From an uncultured Chloroflexia bacterium (GTDB taxonomy: Bacteria > Chloroflexota > Dehalococcoidia > DSTF01 > JALHUB01), in the NCBI GenBank assembly GCA_963726245.1, contig CAVSBT010000037.1, positions 128,001-192,000 on the forward strand: a stretch of DNA of 64,000 nucleotides, in the 5' to 3' direction. Position 1 is the first letter of the stretch, and each line of letters starts with the position of its first letter. A program made the position numbers and the translations under genes. The notes beneath the pieces were generated by a model that was not told the origin of the DNA, ran no database searches, and was given only the letters and a program-made list of their open reading frames with translations. Below are positions 55,170 to 62,737 of the stretch, one piece after another.

Positions 55170-57773
55170 TTACGGGTCCATAGGCGGCTGAGCCGGGTAG
55201 GGGTTCGTGCAGGTGCTGCCGGCACGACCGAAGACGAACTGCAGGTCCTTCACGTCGATGTCGTTGTCAGGCGGGTAAGGCTGCAGGTCGTTGCACGTCG
55301 TGTACCACAGGCTGCCCAAGTGGCTCCCGTACCGCCAGGCCTGCGCCTGCTCGTCGAGCAGGTCGACCTTGCAGTCGTGGTTCAGGTCACCCTCGAGGTA
55401 GCGAATGGTGAGCTTGGTGCTCGTGCAGTACTTCAGGTCACCACCAGGCAGTGTCCCCGCCATGGGGTCGCCCAGGGTGTCCGACCACTGGCAAGCCGAG
55501 TCCTTCAGCCAAGTCACCACACCGTTCTCGAAGCCCGGGCACATATCGATGTACAGGTTTGGTTGCGGCTTGACAGCGATGGTGGCCAGCGTGAAGGGAC
55601 CCATGCCCAACGGGCCGGCCAGGTCCAGCGCCCAAGGGGGCGCGAGGCTTATGCAGGCCCAGTGGATGATGTTCTCCCCGATGATGCTCGGAGCGCAACT
55701 GACAGACCGCCCCGTGCTGCCCAGCCAGCCAGAGTCAGTGATGACCGGTATCTGCAGCACACTCAGGTCGTACTCGAGGTTGAACTCGTAGGCGCCTAGA
55801 CCATCGGTAGGCTCAACAGCGCCGGTCATCGGGTCAACGTCTTCTGGATCGTTGGCGACGTTGCGGGCGATCTCGCTGATCAGGATGCTGCCCTGGCCCG
55901 GGCCCGTGCAGGCCGGCGGCGCCGCGTCGCAGAGCCAGAGATTCGCCATGGCCGGGTCCTTCATCATCTGGGCGTCGGCCGACCGGACGAACACATCGAC
56001 GCTGTCGCTGAGCGTCGCGCCGTGGTCGGTCCAGCCGTCGATGGCCGTGTTGACCACATGCTGGTTGACCAGGGTCGGGGCGAACGTGGCGTCGTACTTG
56101 ATCCAAGCCGTCTCGCCGGGCGCCATGTCGACGGCGCCAGGCAGCGCGGGGTCGTTGTCGATGTCGGCGGCCCCGATGTTCGTGCACGCGATCGGCCCAT
56201 TGACCGCCGTGGTGCAGGACCCTACGTTGGCGCTCTTCGTCAGGCTGCTGGCAACGTAGGTTATGTTGCCAGTGTCAAGGTCGTCGCTCACCTGGACGCC
56301 CGTCGCCGGCGAGGCGCTGGCACCGTTCGTCAGGGTGATCATGTAGTGGACCGTGGCACCGGCCACGCTCTCTGCGCTGTCCACATAGCCCGCACCAACG
56401 TCCACCTTCTTGTCGACGGCGACGTTGGCGGCGGTCGTGGTGGTGACCTCACAGCCTATGCTGGCCGGATAGACATGGCCCACACCCGGACCCGGTATCA
56501 CGGTCGGAGGTCCGGCAGGGTACGGAACAGTCGGGCAATCCGCCTCATTGGTCTGCAAGGGGTCCACCGTGGGATTAGGCTCGCCGAAGGTAGAGCCCGT
56601 CGCGGCTCCACCAACGTTGAAGTCGTTCTTGCCAGCGTCCGCGATGGGCACCTTGACGCTGAGCCTGAGTGTCACAATCCCGCCCGCCGGGATGCTGTCC
56701 ACCAGCCCAATGCCAAGGCCACCGCCCTGGAGGAACGGGTTCTCAACGACGCAGATAACGAAGTTGTGGAACGTGGGCGGATGGTTGGGCCAGTTCGGGT
56801 TGAGGAATGTCCCAAGGTAGCCCGGCATACAGGTGCCGGCGGCTATGTCACCGGGGTCGGTGAGGACACCGTTACCGTTGAGGTCAACGTCCACCGCACC
56901 CGGTATGGTCAGCATCGGGTGTGGGTAGTACGCGCGCGCGGGGGCCCCCACGGTGCCCTGGATGATCTTGTTCACCGCGTTGCTGGTCTCCTCGTCTAGC
57001 GCGTTGGGCAGTTCGTCGAACATCGACATGCCCCTGGACGCGTTCGGCCCGTTGTTCGTGGCGACGATCTTGTAGTTCACGATGCCGCCGGCGAGCACAG
57101 GGTCAGACCCCGTGTCCGTCTTCACCGAAGACCAGTCAGCCATATTTAAGCAGGTGATCGTGGCGTCCGCCAGGTCCGTGCCGATGGTGAGGCCGCCCGC
57201 AGCCAGGGTGGTGCTGAAGGGCGGTGTACTGGCGTCCGCCGAGGTCGTCAGGTGCATGGTATAGACGCCAGGAGCGTCGCACGAGAACCTACCGACGACC
57301 GCCACGCCCGTGGTCGTGCTCGCCGCGCCTAATGTGGCGGACCCACCCAAGAGGCGGGTACCCACCGGGGTCACGACGGCGTTTGCGGTAGTGCCGCCCA
57401 GCCCGGTGTAGTGCCAGCTCTCGAGGATGCCGTCGAGCGGATCACTGTAGTCATCCGTGGGGATGAACGTCAGGCCGATGTGGTCGACGTCCAGGTTGTA
57501 GCCCTTCCAGGCTGTACCGGCGGTCGTGATGTTAAAGTTGACATCGAACGGCGCGCCCACCGCCTTGGTGGCCGCAATCTGGACACCAGCCGTCACTGTG
57601 TCGGCGTCTACCGCCATGGCGTTGGGGTTAGCAGCCTGGGTCGGCGTCGCCGAGCGGCTAAACGTCGCCATGAAGACTATTGCCAGCGCCGTAAAGGCTA
57701 GCAGAGCCCATTTTGTTCCCTTTAGGGATCCGATTGACATTTGAACCTCCCACTGAGCTTGGTTTGGGACCAA
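55170..57773 (-). CDS. large secreted protein: cohesin-like, 2x DUF11-like, cohesin, C-terminal dockerin
   Basis: NAMAVDAD...; VKTDTGSDPVLAGGIVNYKIVATNNGP (DUF11); GLGAYEFNLEYD; EGDLNHDCKVDLLD...DLQP..PDNDIDVKDLQ duplicated Ca-binding loop. Confidence 0.8.
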   Translation of the reverse strand: MVPNQAQWEVQMSIGSLKGTKWALLAFTALAIVFMATFSRSATPTQAANPNAMAVDADTVTAGVQIAATKAVGAPFDVNFNITTAGTAWKGYNLDVDHIGLTFIPTDDYSDPLDGILESWHYTGLGGTTANAVVTPVGTRLLGGSATLGAASTTTGVAVVGRFSCDAPGVYTMHLTTSADASTPPFSTTLAAGGLTIGTDLADATITCLNMADWSSVKTDTGSDPVLAGGIVNYKIVATNNGPNASRGMSMFDELPNALDEETSNAVNKIIQGTVGAPARAYYPHPMLTIPGAVDVDLNGNGVLTDPGDIAAGTCMPGYLGTFLNPNWPNHPPTFHNFVICVVENPFLQGGGLGIGLVDSIPAGGIVTLRLSVKVPIADAGKNDFNVGGAATGSTFGEPNPTVDPLQTNEADCPTVPYPAGPPTVIPGPGVGHVYPASIGCEVTTTTAANVAVDKKVDVGAGYVDSAESVAGATVHYMITLTNGASASPATGVQVSDDLDTGNITYVASSLTKSANVGSCTTAVNGPIACTNIGAADIDNDPALPGAVDMAPGETAWIKYDATFAPTLVNQHVVNTAIDGWTDHGATLSDSVDVFVRSADAQMMKDPAMANLWLCDAAPPACTGPGQGSILISEIARNVANDPEDVDPMTGAVEPTDGLGAYEFNLEYDLSVLQIPVITDSGWLGSTGRSVSCAPSIIGENIIHWACISLAPPWALDLAGPLGMGPFTLATIAVKPQPNLYIDMCPGFENGVVTWLKDSACQWSDTLGDPMAGTLPGGDLKYCTSTKLTIRYLEGDLNHDCKVDLLDEQAQAWRYGSHLGSLWYTTCNDLQPYPPDNDIDVKDLQFVFGRAGSTCTNPYPAQPPMDP

Positions 57774-57983
57774 GAATGTTCATCTTCCTCTTGAAAAATG
57801 GCCTCCGTTTCCACCTCCTTACGGCGGGGCTGGTTCAGGTATGCTCGGTTTGGGGCGTCCCTGCCGGTGTCGGGGAGGGGGCCGTCCGGCCACCCAGACG
57901 AGCCGTCGGGCCGGCCCCCTCCGTTACCGCTTCTGCCAGGGCTCCGGCTCCCGGGTCCCTGGCTCCTTTGCTCCTAACTCTTC

Positions 57984-60731
57984 TTACTTCACCCCCTTGG
58001 TGCCGCAGTTCTTACCGGACCAGGCCAGGGCTCCCAGCACGTCGCTGATGTCGATGGAACCGTTGGGCGGGCCGGGCGTGACGCCGGGCGTGCGGTCGTA
58101 GTCCCTGCCGTCGAGTATGCCGTCGCTGTTCTTGTCGACATCGTAGGCCACGCCGTTGCCGTTGACCGGCCCGAGGTGGTTGGCGCCCGAGTAGTAGAGG
58201 ACGGCCAATACATCGGCGATGCTGACGGCGCCGCTGCGGGTGCCGTTGGGGCCGACGATGTCCTTGTAGGCCGGCACCGGCACGTTGTAGTGGGCGTACC
58301 ACTGGGTCGGGTCGAGACCCAAAGCGATCATTTCGGCGTCGGTGCAGTAGCCATCACCGCTGGTGTTGAAGGCGCCGGGCACTATGGTGTAGGCGCCTGC
58401 GACCGGCATGCTAGGAGTCCAGGCCGAGCCGGTGAGGACAGTGCCCGTGTTAGAGGTGATGGCCATCGAGCTGCCGCCCATCTTCCCAATGAACCCGGCC
58501 CAGGCGTTGGTAGTCCAGGATTTGCTGCCATCGGTGAGGGTCGTAGCTGTCACACCGGTTGCCGTGCCGCTGTCAATCGTCGGCGGCGTAGCCAGAGCGA
58601 TCGGGTTGACACCCGTGGCGATGCTGGTGACGTCGCTGACGGTGTCGCCGTTGCAGTCACCGGGCAAGGACGGAAGGCCCGGCGTGGAGGTCTTGTCGAG
58701 GGCGTCGGTGCCGAGGAAGGTCTCACAGCCGTTGCTGGCGAGATCGCCGTCCGTGTCCTTGGTGTCGAAGTAGTCGAAGAAGGTCTTACCAGCGGCAGCC
58801 GGGGCAGCGGAGGTGAACCCGTCCCAGAAGTCCGGTCCGCCATCGTTGTTCGAGTCCCTGTAACCGGAGAGGCGGGCGCTGGCCAGGGCCGGGTTGGCGT
58901 AGGGCGTGGTGGTGGCATTCGTCGCCTCCGGCGCCAGGCAGTACTTCATGAAGGGGTCGCCGGCCTCGGCCTTGGGCACCGTGCTGCCGACGAAAAAGCG
59001 GTTGTTGCAGATGTTGGAGTTGTCCACGTACCCGTTGGTCGCCAGCTTGGGTGGGGGCGTCTTGTACCCCTGGCCGTTGCCCGGGATGGTGGGCTCCGGG
59101 TCACAGCTGTCGCCCAGGCCGTCGCCGTCCGTGTCAAGCTGGACGTTGGCATCCGCAAGCAGGCCGTTTTTCACGAGGGGGCAGTTGTCGACGAAGTTCA
59201 GGTAGCCGTCGCAGTCCCGGTCCTGGAACTTCGAGAAGGGCGGGACGTTCCGGTTCCCGGCCGCGCCGCTAACGCAGTTATCTTGAAGGTCGGATGTCGG
59301 GGTCTCGTGGTCGGGGTCGCACACCCCCGTCAAGGTGTCGCCGTCGGTGTCGTCGGCCGCCGTACCGGTAGTGTCCACGTTACAGCGGTCGTCGCCGCCC
59401 ATGGTGCCCTTGGTGCCCCCGGGGATGGTGTCGCCGTCGACGTCCGGGGCCGTGGACTTCTGGAGCGCGTAGTCCCAGGGGCCGGTATTGCTCCCGCCGA
59501 CGACCGTGCGCACCACCTCCGGCACGAACCCGGGCAGCGTCGCGGTCCCAGGGCTGGGGTTAGCGAGGGTGTCGGGATACGTGGGGACGGAGGTGACGCC
59601 CTGGATGAACACCGGCACGGCATAGTAGGGCGGGCAGGTTTTCACCGTGGTGGTCAGAATGTTGAAATTCGGGTCGTTCGAGGCTACGGACGGCCAGGTT
59701 GGATACTGGACCGTGATCAGCTCGAAGTACCTGTTCTCTCCCACAGGCTGCATGCTGAAGACGAGGAAGTTGACGTCCACGTCGTTGCTAGTGGCCGCAA
59801 CGATCGGTATGGGGGCGATGCCGAAGAAGCGGCTGACCAGAGTAGCCTGCGGCGGCAGGCCCAGCGCGTTGACGATGGACGGGATGGGCATTGGCAGCTG
59901 GGTCACGCCCCTAGGCGCGCACTTCGGTTGCCCGGCGACGCCACAGCCCGCCGGGTATACGGGGGAGCCGTTCTGCCCGTTGCTCGGCTCCTGGCTCTCA
60001 AACGGCGTCGTAGCGTCAAGATTCACAACGTCAACAAGGCCGCTGAGGGTGCCGTTGACCATGGTGGTGTCGTCCTTGACGGCGTTCCACAACTCGAGGT
60101 CAGCGCTAAAGAGCACGTTGGCCTCTTGTCCGAGGGGCACGAGGTTGCGGTCGCAGGCGAGTGGCTGGCCGTTGACGGTGGGGTCGATGCCGACGTTATA
60201 GTCATCGATGTTGTTGGCCGGTATCACTATACCCAGGTTAAGCCCTGAAGAGACCTGGAAAGTGATTGCCCCCGCCCTGGCGCCCAGGATGGCAGGGTGG
60301 TTGGCCACCAGGCCGGCCACCGGGTCGGGAATGGTATCGCCGGTGACGTCGGCTGGCACGGCAGCCAGGGGGCCGGTGCTCCAGGTGGCGTTGCTCAGGT
60401 CGAAGTAGGCCTGGGTGGCCTCCTTCCAGCCTGCCGCGTTGCCTTCTTGCTGCAACCAGAAGTTGGCGTAGATGTCAGGGCACTCACCCGGCCGAATCAC
60501 GTCGTCCGGGTTGTTGCTGGTGCAGAGAGCCGGCAGCACCGGTGCCAAGGTGTGCTTCATGTACACGTCCCAGCTCATGGTGCTGGGGTCGGCTGACACG
60601 GTAGTAGCCGTTCGGTTTCCCAGGGCCAGGAAGAGGGCCACCAAGACCATTGCTCCCAGTCCCATCAAAATAGCATTGCGCTTCATAAACGCATCCTCCA
60701 TCAACTTCGTTACAAAAGAGTCGGGCTGCAC
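57984..60731 (-). CDS. large secreted protein with thrombospondin type-3-like repeats and C-terminal flexitail/dockerin-like module (likely start 60686)
   Basis: Signal peptide; DRDCDGYLNFVDNCPLVKN...QLDTDGDGLGDSCD; VSIADVLAVLYYSG...GPPNGSIDISDVLGALAWSGKNC. Confidence 0.8.
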   Translation of the reverse strand: MQPDSFVTKLMEDAFMKRNAILMGLGAMVLVALFLALGNRTATTVSADPSTMSWDVYMKHTLAPVLPALCTSNNPDDVIRPGECPDIYANFWLQQEGNAAGWKEATQAYFDLSNATWSTGPLAAVPADVTGDTIPDPVAGLVANHPAILGARAGAITFQVSSGLNLGIVIPANNIDDYNVGIDPTVNGQPLACDRNLVPLGQEANVLFSADLELWNAVKDDTTMVNGTLSGLVDVVNLDATTPFESQEPSNGQNGSPVYPAGCGVAGQPKCAPRGVTQLPMPIPSIVNALGLPPQATLVSRFFGIAPIPIVAATSNDVDVNFLVFSMQPVGENRYFELITVQYPTWPSVASNDPNFNILTTTVKTCPPYYAVPVFIQGVTSVPTYPDTLANPSPGTATLPGFVPEVVRTVVGGSNTGPWDYALQKSTAPDVDGDTIPGGTKGTMGGDDRCNVDTTGTAADDTDGDTLTGVCDPDHETPTSDLQDNCVSGAAGNRNVPPFSKFQDRDCDGYLNFVDNCPLVKNGLLADANVQLDTDGDGLGDSCDPEPTIPGNGQGYKTPPPKLATNGYVDNSNICNNRFFVGSTVPKAEAGDPFMKYCLAPEATNATTTPYANPALASARLSGYRDSNNDGGPDFWDGFTSAAPAAAGKTFFDYFDTKDTDGDLASNGCETFLGTDALDKTSTPGLPSLPGDCNGDTVSDVTSIATGVNPIALATPPTIDSGTATGVTATTLTDGSKSWTTNAWAGFIGKMGGSSMAITSNTGTVLTGSAWTPSMPVAGAYTIVPGAFNTSGDGYCTDAEMIALGLDPTQWYAHYNVPVPAYKDIVGPNGTRSGAVSIADVLAVLYYSGANHLGPVNGNGVAYDVDKNSDGILDGRDYDRTPGVTPGPPNGSIDISDVLGALAWSGKNCGTKGVK

Positions 60732-60988
60732 ATGGCTATTGCTATGGGCACCTCCTTCGCCGCATTTCCTTGCCTCCCGCCCGTCCTCTCAAGGCCCGGG
60801 GCGCGCAGGCCCTTGCAAAGCACAGCCTCCCTCGCCGTAGGCCAGCTCTCACACGTTCATCACCGCGTCCCCCTCCTCGGTCCCGCGGACGTGCATGAAC
60901 TCAAAAACGACGAGGCGTCCTTGCCCCCAAAAGCTATATAGGCTCGATACTCTTTCGGCGGGGAATCTACCAATCCACCAGCGACCTT

Positions 60989-61017
60989 GGTTTAGCACTT
61001 TGTGAGAGTTTTGTCAA
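60989..61017 (-). promoter_or_regulatory. sigma70-like promoter (TTGACA-N17-TAAACC with extended TG) for the minus-strand surface-protein genes
   Basis: Reverse strand ttgaca-aaactctcacaaagtgc-taaacc in an AT-rich divergent intergenic region. Confidence 0.5.
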
Positions 61018-61163
61018 GCCCCTGGGGTGGAATTTTAATTCACGAATTCAATAACGTCTTCTGGCCCGTCTGTCACGCCAGCCGCGCCGCTGGTGGCGTC
61101 AAACCCCGCCACGGGGGCTGGACGCAGCGACTGCCAGTAAGTTAGAGTGGCGAAGTCGGAGGC

Positions 61164-62033
61164 TTGGGCCCAATGCCGGTACCAACCACGGTGCTGAGGA
61201 CACGCCGCCTGCTGCTGGGCGTACTGCTTCTAGCCGGTCTGGCCTTCGCCGCTGCCTGCGGCAACGAGAACGCTGCCAAGCCGACCGCATCCGCCGTCGG
61301 CACGCGGCCAGCCCAGGGCACTTCCTCGCCCGCTGCCGCATCCACTCTGGGGACCCCCGTCCCCTTCACCGGCCCCCCCACCGGCATCGGCGCCGACGTG
61401 TCGGCGAACCTGTTCCAGAATGGCAGTTTCGAGTCCGGCCCCGACCCCTGGATCTCCCTCACCTGGTCCGCGGCCTGGGGCACACCCTTCAGCGTCACCT
61501 CCGAGAAGGCCCACAGCGGCAAGCAGAGCGCATCCCTAGAGCTGCGGGCGACATCCGAAGATATCGGCGCTAAGGTCTTCGGCGTCGTCCAGGAGGTGAG
61601 CCCGCTGGCACAGTTCCCGGAGGTCATCTCCGGCTACTACCGGGTGGAGAACTGGGTTCGCGGCGCCCCCAAGCAATACCTCCAGTTTGTGATCATCGCC
61701 TTCGGGGCCAACAACCTGCCCGGAGGGCACCCTAACCACCAGATTCGCTACGTCCTGGCCGGCGTGTCCCAGCCCCCGCTCGAAATCAGCAACGCCAAGT
61801 ACATCTTCTTGAGCGGGGAAGACCCTCCTACCGACAAGTGGGTCTACTTCGAGGTGCCCGTCAGCAAGGATTTCACGGAGCAATGGGGCGACATCCCGAA
61901 AGGCTACCAGATGCTCCGCCTCCTCTTTGAGGTCCGCTACGATGACAAGCCTACTGGCGCCGAGGCTCAAGCCAATGCTTACTACGACGATCTGTACATG
62001 GGCCCTGCCCAGGGTAACCCCAACCGGCCTTAG
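61164..62033 (+). CDS. lipoprotein with CBM/galactose-binding-like jelly-roll domain
   Basis: FAAAC lipobox; NLFQNGSFESG...AHSGKQSA...YYDDLYM. Confidence 0.65.
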   Translation: MGPMPVPTTVLRTRRLLLGVLLLAGLAFAAACGNENAAKPTASAVGTRPAQGTSSPAAASTLGTPVPFTGPPTGIGADVSANLFQNGSFESGPDPWISLTWSAAWGTPFSVTSEKAHSGKQSASLELRATSEDIGAKVFGVVQEVSPLAQFPEVISGYYRVENWVRGAPKQYLQFVIIAFGANNLPGGHPNHQIRYVLAGVSQPPLEISNAKYIFLSGEDPPTDKWVYFEVPVSKDFTEQWGDIPKGYQMLRLLFEVRYDDKPTGAEAQANAYYDDLYMGPAQGNPNRP

Positions 62034-62040
62034 AGAGACG

Positions 62041-62679
62041 ATGGCGGTGGGACGACACATACCACAGTGGCACCCCTGGATACTGCTGGCGGCAGCCCTG
62101 GCGGCGATGACGGCCATGTCCCTGGCGGGCGCCCAGGTTACTCAGGTTACTATCGTCCGCTCAGAAGTGCCGGCGGCCCCTGTGAGCACAAACGACACAG
62201 TCACCGTCCCCATCGTCATCGATAGCGTGACGAACCTGGGCGCTTTCGATTTTCAGGTGAGCTTCGACCCGGCGATCCTCAAGGCGGAGAAGGTGGAGAC
62301 CGGCCCCTTCCTGGGCAGCAGCGGCCGCGAGGTCAACTGCCCTAAGTCCAGCATCGATGAAGGGTCGGTGCGCCTGACCTGTGTGACTTTGGGAGCCACG
62401 CCGGCCGGTCCCACCGGCTCCGGTGTGCTGGCCACACTCGTATTCAAGCCGGTCGCCAGCGGGACCAGCCCCCTCCGGTTCGAGCAGTTGACTCTCACCG
62501 ACCCTCCTGGCACGAGCATGCCCGCCCAGGGGCAAGACTCCTCTCTCACTGTGGTGCCCGGCGCTGACAGTGGCTTCGCGTGGGCCCTCTGGGGGCCTGT
62601 TATCGGCGTCGGCGTCCTGGCCCTGGGTGCAGCCGCGGTTTGGGTGGCCTGGCGGGCTCGCCGGTCCCGCCGAGCGTAG
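62041..62679 (+). CDS. cohesin-domain protein with C-terminal TM anchor
   Basis: TVTVPIVIDSVTNLGAFDFQVSFDPAIL...GSGVLATLVFK..ASGTSPL; C-terminal helix + RARRSRR. Confidence 0.82.
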   Translation: MAVGRHIPQWHPWILLAAALAAMTAMSLAGAQVTQVTIVRSEVPAAPVSTNDTVTVPIVIDSVTNLGAFDFQVSFDPAILKAEKVETGPFLGSSGREVNCPKSSIDEGSVRLTCVTLGATPAGPTGSGVLATLVFKPVASGTSPLRFEQLTLTDPPGTSMPAQGQDSSLTVVPGADSGFAWALWGPVIGVGVLALGAAAVWVAWRARRSRRA

Positions 62680-62737
62680 AGCGGCCTCTCTCTCACGCAT
62701 TTTTCGTAAATTTTGCGGGATCCGGGCGTCCAGGGGC

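Noticed and set aside
46627-62679. A true cellulosome
   Set aside because: No glycoside hydrolase or CBM3 domains were recognised on the dockerin-bearing proteins in this window (the beta-helix proteins could be lyase-like but lack dockerins).
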